Shown: positions 37,661 to 50,838 of the stretch, one piece after another
Layout of the letters: each line of letters starts with the position of its first letter
How positions within the stretch are numbered: position 1 is the stretch's first letter
Assembly: GCA_965153355.1 (NCBI GenBank)
Contig: OZ231126.1
Span: 31,186,001 to 31,250,000, forward strand
Direction of reading: 5' to 3'
Length of the DNA: 64,000 nucleotides
Source of the DNA: Flaccisagitta enflata
Taxonomy: Eukaryota
Position numbers and translations under genes: made by a program
Notes under the pieces: model-generated
Database searches by the model: none
What the model saw: only the letters and a program-made list of their open reading frames with translations
What the model was told of the DNA's origin: nothing

Positions 37661-38644
37661 GAAGAGCGATATCAAAACAATGGCCGTGGAGGAAGAGGGG
37701 GCTGTGGAGGAAAAGCAGTGAGAGAAGAAGAAAAGAAAAGAAATACAAAGAGATAACGTACGTGGTGGTGGTGATAGTACAAAAGAAGAATAACAAAAGG
37801 ATTGTTCAGCCATTTCAATCCAGGGGGGAATTAGGGAAAACACAACATCGAGGGCATGGGACCAGTGAGACTATGAAGAAACATAACATTGAGAGCAAAA
37901 GAGCAGTGGGAATTTATTCGTGGAACATTAGGCTCAAAACAGAAGAATAATGAATGACAACGGTAATATGTACACCAATCCATAGAGGTAAGGCCAAAAT
38001 AGTGCCACATATTCTAAAGTACTGCAGGTTGTGTCATTTCATTTTTCTGGATCACATTGTACGTTCGCTTGTGTTTATTCACTATCAGTACTGGAACTCA
38101 GGCCTTGGAGTCGGGATTAAACAAGGCCGAATACAAAACAACGTCAGTCATGGAAGGGTGGGACAGTGGTAGTGATCTAAGGGGGTAGCCAAGCACCTCG
38201 GTCTGAGCAGCGAGGTGAAAGACTATAAATCTACAAGGACCAGCCAAAGGACTGAAGAGCGGCTTATAGAGTCGCGTGTTTGCGATTGAAATTTCTCGGG
38301 CTGTGTTCCTACAGTTTTCTTTCAATGAAGATGCTATCTTGTAAGTATTGTGCGTTTTTGCTATGTAACTTAATAGTTTTTGGTAACGTCGTTTTATTAC
38401 GGCATGGCAAGGCGGTAATCGGACAATGCGATAATCTGGAGGTTGGTCTCATTGCAATAGAATGTGATCATATCATTCATATGACGATTCAGAGCTAAGA
38501 GGAAATGGCAATGTGGTAATCTGGTGATATGATCAGTCTTAAAGGCAACTTTGTGACACTCAGAACGCTCAATTATACAATCTGTCTAATCATCGAATAC
38601 TTTCGTCCAAAAGATATTACCTGAATTTGATTACGAGAGAGAGA

Positions 38645-38862
<218 letters not shown>

Positions 38863-38983
38863 TACACAGTCAAGAAGAAATGATAGGAGACACTTGAGGA
38901 AAGAGACAGATGGATTGTAAACTGAGCATTGGTAGAATTCTCTCGAGGTGAGCAAAGATTTCTTTGATCTTTCTTATAACTTA

Positions 38984-39245
38984 GGGCGTGTTTCCAGTGG
39001 AGATGAAAAACGCGTTTGTTCCCATTGAACACGTACACTGCTTGCACACAAATTCAAGAGTTTCAACTGTCCCAGGAGATGGTAAGCAGAGTGAGTGAGT
39101 GAGCCCATGAATGAAGCGAACGCAGCGAGCATAGCAAAGTGGAGCGCTGAAGAGCGCTGCGGAGCAAGTGAGTGGAGTCAGCAGCACGAGCGAACAAACA
39201 TAGCGAGCGACTGAGTGGCGATTGTCTCTGTCTAGAAACGCCCCC
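38984..39245. mobile_element. PIF/Harbinger (Tourist)-like MITE
   Basis: TTA|GGGCGTGTTTCCAG ... CTAGAAACGCCCCC|TTA; 3-bp TTA TSD. Confidence 0.6.
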
Positions 39246-39343
39246 TTACTGCCTCCTTCTGGCGCACATCAGTTCAAAGTATTCTAACGGAAGATGGCGC
39301 TCAATGGCAGTTTACTTTATGGGCAAATGGCTGGAAGAAAAAG

Positions 39344-39701
39344 ATAGTCGCAAAAGTGTAACATGGTCAGCGGTACCCGATTCCCCTGAGTTAGTTTATA
39401 TGTAGATGTGATGGTGAGAGGGGCAGCGGCCCTGGAGCGGCAGATGACCTATAATTCCACACAGGATGATTTTCTTGGGTCTGAAAGGCCTGATTTGAAT
39501 TCTGGGAGGCCTGAATAAAGGTCTGGAAGGCCTAAGTTAGGTCTGAGAGGCCTGATTTGGGGTCTGAGAGACCCAATTTGGGGTCTAAGAGGCCTGATTT
39601 GGGGTCTAAGGGGGGGACGTACGTACGTAGGTCAGAAACCTGAGAAAATTGTCCTGTGTGGAATCATAGGTCATCTGCCCCTACAAGGCCGCTGCTCAAA
39701 A
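39344..39701 (-). mobile_element. HINE family B copy (21-bp array)
   Basis: ATAGTCGCAAAAG tail, GGGCAGCGGCC...GGCCGCTGCTCAAAA IRs. Confidence 0.7.
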
Positions 39702-41347
39702 GAGTATGCTGTTGAGAGAATTGGTCATACTGAGAGATATGAATATGCTGTTGTTGGCAAACTTTTGAAGCAGGGCCAGGCACATCTCTACGATTAACAT
39801 ACATGTTGGTAAGGGGAAACAAAACTTTCAAAGGGTTTTTACGGCCATTTTAAAGGGTTTTTATTGGACCTCAACACTCAACAGTTCCCCCTTTCAAACA
39901 TTGAAAAAATAAAAAATAGAAAAAATAAACCGCTGCCCCTCTCACCATCTCATCCCCACAAAAACTAGTATAGAGTACTTGAGGCTGTCCATCGAACGCT
40001 TTTGTGATTGTTATTGATATAAATGGAAGAGTATGACCACTGACCATTGCCAAGGCCAGAGTTTCGCATTTGCGTTTTTGACTAGTAATATCAACTCACT
40101 GCAGAAAGCTTCGGATCATTGGAACAAGGCTTTACTGTCTTGAATGAAGGTAATGAAAAATTTTCTATTTAAAAAGAAAACTTTGATTTAAAACTAAACG
40201 GAAAACTGAAGTATTAGCGTTTTAAGCTGTGCTAACGATCCCCTATCATCGCCATCAAAATAATCTCAAGCAGTTTTTGTAATTGAACCAGGTAAGCCTG
40301 TATGATTTCGCTCAGGTTTGTTTTGATTGAAATTTTAGCATTTTATTAAAAATGATCATGAATAATTGCATATGAGTATGATCTGGCGGAAGATTAATAA
40401 CGAGCATTGATACATTACAGAACTATCATGTAAGCTGCTCCTGACGCGTAGTAGGAAATCAAGGCTGGTCTATAAAGACATTCAATTTCTTTATATTCTT
40501 TTTATGTCTTTATCTTTACCTAATTCTCTGATGTGTTCACACTTTTTAGTCTCTATTCAGTGAAGCATCGCTACCGCGCACTCGTTCATTAGGATTGCCC
40601 GACTATTAGGCATAGAATTATAGAACTTTCGGTCCAATGAGTGTTTTTGTAGTCACTTCTATATTGGCAATAAGGCAGCTTCACTATAAGGCATAATTTT
40701 GCCCAGTCCCTTGGCATGTACTCATGTGAAGCACCACTGTATCTCTTTCATTGAGAGAGAGAGAGAAAGCGAGGACTAGTGTAAGAAAATGAATGGAGCG
40801 AGCAGCTAAGTAGCGTTTTTTAAGATGACGTTCATCAGATGTTTGAACCAAACCAAAAGATTCAGGTTCAATGGCATTTATATGGCATTTATATGCTAAG
40901 ACCTGCGTTTAATGGGGCTCAAACCTTGAGGGTTGAGCAAAGGTTACAAAATAGGATTGCGCTGAGAATATTAGGAGTTTATTTGCGTAGAAGGGAAGGC
41001 ATTTCCAGAGATCAGGGTTGACCATATATAAAGATGGTGCAAGATGAACAGGTTGAACACGAGTGAGGTGGCGGGAGGGGTGGGGGAAAGCATATTCCTA
41101 TTACAAGGCATGGGTTCTTGTGCCTTGATAAAGTTGGTTTATGTGTATCAAATAACCATAAAGAAATTGTCAAGGAAAATGTCTGGAAGGGATTTTAACA
41201 ACACCAATCACGATGCTTCTAATATGTCATTCAATTTGTTTGGATAATCCTGTATATGGCTTAAAATTCTTTCTGCCCTCATTAGTCTCTTCAGTCCCTT
41301 GCTATCAACCCACTGTAATAAACACCCGATATCAGTAGATGTCTTAC

Positions 41348-44303
41348 TGGTGTGTTCAGGAATTGCAAAAAATGCTAAAAACGCCTGTGCCAAAAGTTTG
41401 GGTATGGTACATGATGTATATAATGAGGGGGAACCATCGGTTGGACTTTTTGTCTAACCATATTAGTGCTCGGATGAGTTTTAGTCGTCCAAAAATGGCT
41501 TAAAATGGCCAAATTTGACTATGGACCCTCTAACTTGCAAAATGGCAAAAGCAGTCAAATTTTCACCACCCAACATACTTTTTTGGCTTAATGGAGTCAG
41601 AATACACTAAGGTAGGTGGTAGAGTGGATGGGTGGGAGGGGTCACCCATGGGGTGGGGGTAAGGGGGCCAAATTGGCCAAAATTCACCTCCTGATGGAGG
41701 TGGTTGTAAAAAATGACAAAAATCAAAAAAGTTGATTTTTTTGGCAAGAATAGGTGTTAACTAAGGCGTTTCAGCAAAAAAATTGGATTCATTTTGGAAA
41801 ATGAACAAAAAATGACCAAATCAAAGTGTTGATGGTTGTTGGTAATTTTGGGGTATGAACCATTCAACTTTGACTGCTTATAACTTTTTTTTATGCTGAG
41901 AAAAAAAAATATGGTTGATCTCATCTGAAAGATCTTTCAAAACTCTTTCAGAATCTCACGGATTTCAACTCATTTTGTTCAAAAATGGCAGTACAGTGAT
42001 CTCCCAAAGTACAGTAAATATTGATTTCTTGGGCGATAGAACCATTCAACTTTGACTGTTAATAGATTTTGAATACTTTAAAGCCTACAAATTTGGTTGG
42101 TCTCATCTGAAAGAGCTTTCAAAACTCTTTCAGAATCTCACGGATTTCAACTCATTTCGTTCAAAAATGGCGGTACAGTGATCTCCCAAAGTACAGTAAA
42201 AACTGATTTCTTGGGCAACAGAACCATTCAACTTTGACTGTTTATAGATCTTAAATACTTTAAAGCATATAAATTTGGTTGATCTCATCTGAAAGAGCTT
42301 TCAAAACTCTTTCAGAATCTCATGGATTTCAACTTTTTTGTTCAAAAATGGCAGTACAGTGATCTCCCAAAGTACAGTAAATATTGATTTCTTGGGCGAT
42401 AGAACCATTCAACTTTGACTGTTAATGAATTTTGAATACTTTAAAGCATACAAATTTGGTTGGTCTCATCTGAAAGAGCTTTCAAAACTCTTTCAGAATC
42501 TCACGGATTTCAACTCATTTCGTTCAAAAATGGTGGTACAGTGATCTCCCAAAGTACAGTAAATATTGATTTCTTCGGCGATGGAACCATCCAACTTTGA
42601 CTGTTTATAGATTTTAAACACTTTAGAGCATAAAAATTTGGTTGATCTCATCTGAAAGATCTTCCATAACCCTTTAAGAATCTCATGATTTTCAACTCAT
42701 TTTGTTCAAAAATGGCGGTACAGTGATCTCACAAAGTACAGTAAGTATTGATTTCTTTGGCGATGGAACCGCCTAACTTTGACAGTTTATAGATTTAAAA
42801 CACTTTGGAGCATAAAAATTTGGTTGATCTCGTCTGACAGATCTTTCAAAACCCTTTCAGAGTCTCATGGATTTCAACTCATTTGAATGAAAAATGGTGG
42901 TACAGTGATTCTTAAAGGGTTATGGAACATCTTTCAGATGAGATCAACCAAATTTTTATGCTCTAAAGTGTTTAAAATCTATAAACAGTCAAAGTTGGAT
43001 GGTTCCATCGCCGAAGATATCAATATTTACTGTACTTTGAGAGATCACTGTACCGCCATTTTTGAACAAAATGAGTTGAAATGAGATTCTGAAAGAGACT
43101 GAAAGCTCTTTCAGATGAGACCAACCAAATTTGTATGCTTTAAAGTATTCAAAATTCATTAACAGTCAAAGTTGAATGGTTCTATCGCCCAAGAAATCAA
43201 TATTTACTGTACTTTGGGAGATCACTGTACTGCCATTTTTTAACAAAATGAGTTGAAATCCGTGAGATTCTGAAAGAGTTTTGAAAGCTCTTTCAGATGA
43301 GACCAACCAAATTTATATGCTTTAAAGTATTTAAGATCTATAAACAGTCAAAGTTGAATGGTTCTGTTGCCCAAGAAATCTATATTTACTGTACTTTGGG
43401 AGATCACTGTACTGCCATTTTTTAACAAAATGAGTTGAAATCCGTGAGATTCTGAAAGAGTTTTGAAAGTTCTTTCAGATGAGACCAACCAAATTTGTAT
43501 GCTTTAAAGTATTTAAAATTTATAAACAGCCAAAGTTGAATGGTTCTATCTTACAAGAAATCAATATTTACTGTACTTTGGGAGATCACTGTACCGCCAT
43601 TTTTTAACGAATTGTGTTGAAATCCGTAAGATTCTGAAAGAGTTTTGAAAGCTCTTTCAGATGAGACCAACCAAATTTATATGCTTTAAAGTATTTAAAA
43701 TCCATTAACAGTCAAAGTTGAATGGTTCTATCTTACAAGAAATCAATATTTACTGTACTTTGGGAGATCACTGTACTGCCATTTTTGAACAAAATGAGTT
43801 GAAATCCAAGATTCTGAAAGAGTTTTGAAAGCTTTCAGATGAGATCGACCATATTTTCTCTCAGCATAAAAAAGTTATAAGCAATCAAAGTTGAATGGTT
43901 CATACCCAAAAACCATCAACACTTTGCTGCATTAGTGCTTTATTCTTAACTTGATTTTTTGACATTTTTATTCCACCAGGAATTTTGGCCAATTAACCCC
44001 CACCTGGGTGACCCCTCACCCATCCACTCTACCACCTACCTTAGTGTATTCGGACTCCATTAAGCCAAAAAAGTATGTTGGGTGGTGAAAATTTGACTGC
44101 TTTTGCCATTTTGCAAGTTAGAGGGTCCATAGTCAAATTTGGCCATTTTAAGCCATTTTTGGACGACTAAAACTCATCCGAGCACTAATATGGTTAGACA
44201 AAAAGTCCAACCGATGGTTCCCCCTCATTATATACATCATGTACCATACCCAAACTTTTGGCACAGGCGTTTTTAGCATTTTTTGCAATTCCTGAACACA
44301 CCA
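41348..44303. mobile_element. Foldback/MULE-like non-autonomous element: near-complete 2.96-kb palindrome
   Basis: 9-bp TSD ATGTCTTAC at 41339-41347 and 44304-44312. Termini TGGTGTGTTCAGGAATTGC / GCAATTCCTGAACACACCA. The arms meet near 42910 and each carries about 6 tandem ~182-bp units. Confidence 0.92.
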
Positions 44304-44849
44304 ATGTCTTACGGTTACTTTATTGGTCTGTTGTTATAAGCCAGCTTTTGGGGAAGTCTTTACTTCCTGCCCCTCTCAACTTGCAAGCAACAATATCTGC
44401 AATATCTTCTTTTAGACGGCGCAGTGAACAAGTCTACAATTATGTAAAAAAAAGTTAGTACCTAAATTTCAAGAATTTCTGCGCGTATGCTTGCTCATCT
44501 TTGATTCAGTCTTTCATCCTTAAACAAGGCCAAGAAGGCCAATCGGTGCGACGTGTCGATCATCGAATGAATGTTATAGAGGTGCTTTGTCGCACCTAAA
44601 AAGATGAGATTCACATTTCTGTCTGTCTTTCTGTTTCCTGTCCATGGAGTTTCATATTCCTGTTATCCTTTTAGATTCACATTCTGCAGTCAAGCGACAT
44701 TTTGCTCTTGGAAGCGCCCTTTTTTCTCTTTGTATCTTTTTTTTTTTGCTCATATAGCCTCTTTGTTCCTTTGCTCTCTGCAGCTTTGCATTCACTTTAG
44801 GATAGAATTGTCATTTTTGGTGCGAAGAATAAAAAACACTACTTTTTTG

Positions 44850-45375
44850 GTCTTTGGAATAGATGTTGACAGAACCACTTTCATTAGAAATGAGTAGATG
44901 CAATGGTGCAAAATACTCCTGAATGACTGTAAAACAAGTGAAAACAAGTGAAAGACAAATGGATCAACATACTGTTTTGATGAATTATAAAGTTGCCTGC
45001 ACAAAACATATAAAAGGAGAGTATGGTACAAATAAGCTGAAACTAAGAATAAATAAAATTGGCTTTCATTCCTCCAACATGAACTTTGAGCCAGAATTTC
45101 AACTAAATACAATCACAAACAATCCTTTAGACATTCTCTCCATGGAGCTCCAAGTGTAAATCTTGGTCATTCCTTTGACTTCCCCCTCCATACTGAACGT
45201 GATTCATTCTATCGACTTAGCTTCCCACAGTGAAAATGAACCATCTTTTTTTCCCCACCATTTATTCTCGGTCATAAATTTCTGAAATCCTTCCGCATCT
45301 TGTTTTTCTTTATGAGTTTTGAATGTGTTTACATTCCTGGAGATAAACCAGACAATTTTATGAAATCATGACACA
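44850..45375 (-). pseudogene. Possible decayed APE-type endonuclease fragment of a non-LTR retrotransposon
   Basis: Stop-interrupted frame VWFISRNVNTFKT...FSLWEAK...WSSMERMSKGLFVIV...VNIYSK loosely follows the EEP motif order (xxWNV, LQETK, GV.I, NIY). Confidence 0.3.
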
Positions 45376-46502
45376 TTCAAGACACATTTGAGAGTAGTTT
45401 TCAGATGAAGTAGGCAAGTTGGGTAAATAGGGTAAGTGTTATACAATGTTAGATATGTTGGAACTTTTAATGTTACAGTACTCCTTATTCTTAACTACTT
45501 TAGACTTTAGAGAGTCAGAGGTATTCCTTATTGGCATTTGGCAACCCTTTGGTGCGTGAGCATTTCAAAAGCAAGAGTGTTGCAAAGGCTTTGTGCTTTG
45601 CCATGTGCTCATGTGCAGAAGAAATCTATTGCAATGATTTGCAACTTGCAAAATGCAACATCACCGTGGACGCGCATTTCATAGGCATAAAAAAGGCAAC
45701 TCGGTGAAAGGGAATGATCGTGGCCTGCTGACAGTGGCGTTGGGGCCTTAGGGATAGGACGTCGGAAACGTCAGCGGACAAACCTTTTGTCTGACACAGT
45801 TATAGTTGTCGGACACAAATTGAATAAAAAATAAAGAGCAAGAAACATGAACTGTTAATCATTGAAAAAGGTCACTTATTTCAATGCTGCTTTCCATTAG
45901 AATGCACATTTTGTCGGACAAAGAAGCCACATGCAGTTTAAGCATCACTGGCTAACACTCATGCCAAAAGACCAAATCAGTTTCTGAATCACTGCTCCTG
46001 CCGTACGCCATTAGATATAGGCTCTGACTAGTTCTGCCATACTCTACTGCTTGCAAGCCTTCGTGAAAATTCGTTTCAGTCACCTACGCTAAGACTGTTG
46101 GTGAGTCAGTCGGTTAGTCCATTGTTCCATCGGGTGTTGACACTTTCAGTCGCTCCGATTTTTGGTCCATTGACAATAAGCCCATTGGTCAGTCGGTTCG
46201 TCATAGCAGCTATGAGTCTGACTGTTGGTTGGTCGGTCGGTTGGTCATTTCGTCCTTTGGTTGTTGACAGTTGAGGTTTCTTTGAAATCTCTCCTGTTTT
46301 TTTTTTTTTTTTTTTCTTTTTTTTTTTTTATGAAATTACTTGCATCTGTGCCTTTGCCCACTGATATGTTTGGCTTTTGCATGACTACTCTCCACACGCA
46401 CACAAAGAGGCCTGCCATGTTTCAACCAATAATAATTCAGAAAAAAGATGTGGTCAGAAAATTCATTTCTCCGCTATCATTTATGGTGCCTATTCCGCTT
46501 AC

Positions 46503-46925
46503 CATTATGAAAAGCTGCAGAGGATGACAACGAGGAGGTAAAGGAGGAAGGCGAGGATGAGGAGGAGGATGAGGAGGAGGATGCAACAACTGCGGAAGAC
46601 GTTGATTCTGCGATGGATGGTTTGACATTTGTAACTGACGTAGACGCAGTGGCCATGTGTGTTCCCAACGAGTCTATCAGTCCCGTATTCGTTATTGACG
46701 GATCGGTTGTGGTTGTTGGATGCGTAAAACCCGGATTTATTTGTGTCGATCCGGATCGCGATTGAAATTGGGCTGAAGAGGATGCTCTTTGAGATGATGA
46801 TCCGTTCTTCATCGATTTGCTCAGTTTGTTCGTTGGAAGTATTAAAGACAAACGGTTGTAAGAAATGTCCAATTCATACAAAGAAGGGAAGAAGCTTTGG
46901 TGAAAAACGGCCTCGAATGGTAAAT
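46503..46925 (-). CDS. TPBG: TPBG-like LRR exon with long Ser/Thr-rich insert
   Basis: tcttctcaaccag|AT TTA... gives DLPFEAVFHQSFFPSLYELDISYNRLSLILP, then about 100 aa S/T-rich ending SSAAFHN. Donor G|GTAAGC. 423 nt, phase 1-1. Confidence 0.85.
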
Positions 46926-46959
46926 CTGGTTGAGAAGATTAAGAGGAGAGGGAGGGAAG

Positions 46960-47350
46960 TGGGGGAGTGGTGGAGTGGTGGAGTAGTGTCGTGGTGTCGT
47001 GCTGGAGTGGTGTCGTGGTGGAGTGGTGTCGTGGTGGGGTGGTGTCGTGGTGGGGTGGAGTGGAGTGGATGGGTGGTGAAGCAGTGGAGTGGTTGAGTTA
47101 TGACCATATAAAAAGGTGGGAATTTTAGGTGGTGGAGTGGTGTCGTGGTGGAGTGGAGTGGAGTGGATGGGTGGTGAAGCGGTAGAGTGGTTGTGTGATA
47201 ACGATATGAAAAGGTAGGAATTTTTAGTAGTGGAGTGGAGTAGATGGGTGGTAAAGCAGTGGAGTGGTTATGTTATGACGATATGAAAAGATAGGAGAGG
47301 TGGAGTGACGGTAGTCGGATGGTTAAGCGGTGGTATAGATGTGACAATGT
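46960..47350. repeat. G-rich degenerate tandem repeat (GTGGA/GTCGTG units within ~100-bp higher-order copies)
   Basis: Intronic; the GTGGAGTGGTTG..GATATGAAAAG-like block recurs. Confidence 0.8.
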
Positions 47351-47566
47351 AAAAAGGTGGATTGTAGAGAGGAGCAGAGGTAGGAAATTTGGAAATGAGG
47401 GAGATTTATAAGATGAAAAGTGGGGGAAAGGGGACGGGGTAGAGATAAGAAATTTAGTCACGAAGAGAAGGTTTATAATTTTTAGAATAAATTTGAGGAC
47501 GGAAGTGAAGGACAGCGCACAAAAATTAGAAAAAGTGTGTTTTGAAACATCTCAAGGTAAACTTAC

Positions 47567-47668
47567 CACTGTACCGACCAAATATAGAAGACACAAAAGT
47601 TGAGTTATTGTTGTATTTGTAGGTAAATGCTTGGCGCAGGTTGAGCACTTCCAAATGAGATTGAATGT
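47567..47668 (-). CDS. TPBG: TPBG-like LRR exon
   Basis: ttcttttcag|AC ATT... gives DIQSHLEVLNLRQAFTYKYNNNSTFVSSIFGRYS. Donor G|GTAAGT. 102 nt, phase 1-1. Confidence 0.85.
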
Positions 47669-47855
47669 CTGAAAAGAACAAGTAACGCGGGGTTACAATA
47701 TAGCTCTCTGAGATACCCGTTGGCGAACGGCGTTCATCCCATTTTACTTCCCATATCACATCCCATATCATCATTTCCCATCACTGCACTCGTCAAAATA
47801 GGTCATCCCAGCTCTAAGCAAATGATAATCTCTCTCATCTCACTTCCATCCTTAC

Positions 47856-48158
47856 CTATCCAAACGAGAGCATTGCTTCTCCACAAATCAGGGTCGGTTT
47901 TGAGCACAATTTGGTTTCTTTGCAGAATTAAAGTCGTGAGACTCGGAAGTCCAGCAAAAGCTCCAGGTTCCAGAAAACGAATCTCGTTGTCACTCAGATC
48001 CAAATATCCCAGAGCAGAGGGCGAGATGATGGTGGCATTGGTGGTTGAGGAGGAGGAGGAGGAGGTGGAGGAGGAAAAGGAGGTGGAGGAGGAGGAGGCA
48101 GAGGAGGTGATGGCGTTTGAAAGGAACATATTCCTTCTCAGCTCGTGAAGTTTGTTAC
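47856..48158 (-). CDS. TPBG: TPBG/5T4-like LRR membrane protein, most 5' exon identified (LRRs with Ser-rich insert)
   Basis: tatcttcag|GT AAC... gives NKLHELRRNMFL...ALGYLDLSDNEIRFLEPGAFAGLPSLTTLILQRNQI...WI, with canonical LxxLxLxxNxI repeats. Donor G|GTAAGG. 303 nt, phase 1-1. Confidence 0.88.
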
Positions 48159-48726
48159 CTGAAGATACGACAAAAAATGTAAAGATGAAGTGGAATATGA
48201 ATGTATGAAATTCTTGCATCACCGTAAATTCTGGGGTAATAAAAAATGAAGTGCTTGCAGTAGTTTCAAACATTCGAAAAAAAGACTAGGAGCCCTAATG
48301 ATAGAATTCTTAAATCTAGCACGTGAGTTTTCAACGCACACACATACCAACACACACACCAACACACACACCAACACTTACACACACACACACACACTTA
48401 CACACACTTACACACGTACACACACAAAGATGATATACGATAAACGCAATCCCTTTGTTTCTTTTCAAACTCAACAAACCAAAATTCCACATGGTCAGCT
48501 TTTCATTCGTCTTTCCTCATTAATATTGAGGCCTTTGCCGTCGCAAATGGGAATAAGAGGCATTGAAACAACCAACAAGGAGGAAGAGGAGGAGGAGCAG
48601 AAAGAGGAGGAGAGAAGAGGATGAGGATGAGGATGGAAGAAAAAGAGAAAACAGGAAAAAAGAAGTTAGGAGGAAAGGAAAAGTAGGACAACAAATGCTA
48701 GTGAAAATTAAAGAAAAAGAAGCAGA

Positions 48727-48772
48727 ACAACGACGACAACAACAACAGCAACAACAACAACAACAACAACAA

Positions 48773-48871
<99 letters not shown>

Positions 48872-48908
48872 CGACGACGACGACGACGACGACGACAAAA
48901 ACAACAAT
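48727..48908. repeat. (CAA)n/(CGA)n microsatellite
   Basis: Direct reading. Confidence 0.97.
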
Positions 48909-49340
48909 AGCTTAAACAAAAAAGCGCTGTGTGATTGACCTTCAGTTATACAAGGAACATCTACTCGCAATTTTGACCAAGGCAAGGACAATCTGACCCA
49001 TGATCAAGGACGATGGTGATGGGCTATGTTTTCAATATGTCAGGTTTTTGCGGCCTCAAATGAACAGAAAAAAAAATTGATAAGAAATGGAAATGGGGGT
49101 GGAAGGGGTTAGGAAAGAAGTTAGATTCATATGGGGAGGCAGGGGAAGTGAAGGAGAAGGATGAGGAGTAAGAGGAGGAGGAAGAAGCAGTGGAGGAAAG
49201 GGAGGAAGCAGAGGAGGCAACGGCGAAGGAAGTGGATAAAATCTGAAGGCATATTTTTTTCTCTCTCTCGCATCACATCAACTCATGGCCTTAATTGATT
49301 CAAGGTCAACAAAGGTCATCTTTTTGTTCTATGGATAAGC

Positions 49341-49630
49341 GATGGGCAGAAGGCTGTGTTGCACTGTGGTACAGAGTGCAATGTAATATAGCCAAAAAGT
49401 GGGAGTATGGTTAATTCATTTATTGATGGGCAGAAGGCTGTGTTGCACTGTGGTACTGAGTGCAATGTGATACAGCCAAAAAGTTTGGTTAATTTATTTA
49501 TTGATGGGCAGAGGGCTGTGTCGCACTGTGGTATAGAGTACAGTGTGATTGAGACAAAAGGTAAGAGTTTGGTCTTTTTATCAATTGATAGGCAGAAGGC
49601 TGTTTTTCATTACAATATAGAGAGCAATTG
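49341..49630. repeat. Four diverged ~80-bp tandem units
   Basis: GATGGGCAGAAGGCTGTGTTGCACTGTGGTA-like starts at about 49341, 49425, 49503 and 49587. Confidence 0.85.
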
Positions 49631-50249
49631 AATCGTGTAAAAAATTAGGATAAATAATAAACTGAAGGTAATATTATATTACAGGAAAGAAAACTGTGCA
49701 AAGTCATTTGTTGTTTGTAGAATAAAAGATGCGAATACTGTGCCATATCAAGTAGTGTTACAGTAACGGATGCATTAACTGATGATTTCCATGCCGCTTT
49801 TACTGCATCTGATTTGCTTCTGCCTCTATTTTGTGATTCAAATTCTTGTAGCATTCACACCCATCAAATTAAAAGTGGCCAATCGACAGTATGAAAGGGA
49901 CATCAAGAAAAACCATGATCTATCTAACACACATTCAGCCAATGGTGCAGCCTTCAGCCCTTCATAACCAAACTCAGCGATTTTCTTGCTCTCCAAATAG
50001 ACATAAGGCGGATGCTCTTGCTTTGCTGCAGAGCCTCCATAAGAATTTAATGAGCAAAAGGTTAAAAGAAAAGACCACATTGCAGTAAGTCTGATCTGAA
50101 AATAAAAAAGAAACAGTAAATTGAAATGAGGCTAAATTGGAAACAAATCTGCTATACTACAATACAACTCAAGACCTTGCAATGTGATTCTGCCATCGGG
50201 TTCTGCAATTGGATATGTCACATATGAATAAATCACACAACTCAAGCTT

Positions 50250-50459
50250 AACAAGGCCGGATACACGGCTATCCCAGTCGCGTGCGGGTGGGCAGGGGCT
50301 GTATTTGAGGTCACTTGATCATTTGGAGCAGGAGCAGTGAGGCCAAAGACCGCAAAAAAACAAAAAAGTTAAGTGTGACGGAAGGATGGACCGATGGACG
50401 GACGGACCGATGGACGGACTGACAAAGCGGGGTGTAGAGTCGCGTAGCACGCGACTAAA
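50250..50459 (-). mobile_element. HINE family A copy
   Basis: Reverse complement of the 22502-22702 architecture. Confidence 0.8.
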
Positions 50460-50642
50460 TATGAATCACTTATTTACTTAATCACTCAGTCACTCAGTTA
50501 CTGACTCACTTATCAACCACTGAATCGGGATTATTTAAGTTTTTTTGTTTAGTCCCTTATATTCAAGTGAAGGTCGTTGTTAACTGAAGCAAAATTTGTA
50601 CTACCGTCATTCAATTTGATAGCGCTCTTTCATCTTTGCATC

Positions 50643-50838
50643 TTTTTAGTCGCGTGCTACGCGACTCTACACCCTGCTATGTCGGTCCGTCGGTTGGTCT
50701 GTTGGGCGGTCGGTTGGTCCCTTTTTTACTTTTTCAGCGTTTTTGAGCTTTTTGAGCATACAGCCTTAGCGACCTTCTCCAGCACTGCTCCTGCCCACCT
50801 GCACGCGACTAGGGTAGCCGTGTATCCGGCCTTGTTTT
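50643..50838 (+). mobile_element. HINE family A copy
   Basis: TTTTTAGTCGCGTGCTACGCGACT ... GCACGCGACT...GCCGTGTATCCGGCCTTGTT. Confidence 0.8.

Noticed and set aside
41858..43900. CRISPR-like regular repeats (also 35103-36380, 62255-63056)
   Set aside because: Units are contiguous tandem copies without unique spacers; there are no cas genes and the context is eukaryotic.
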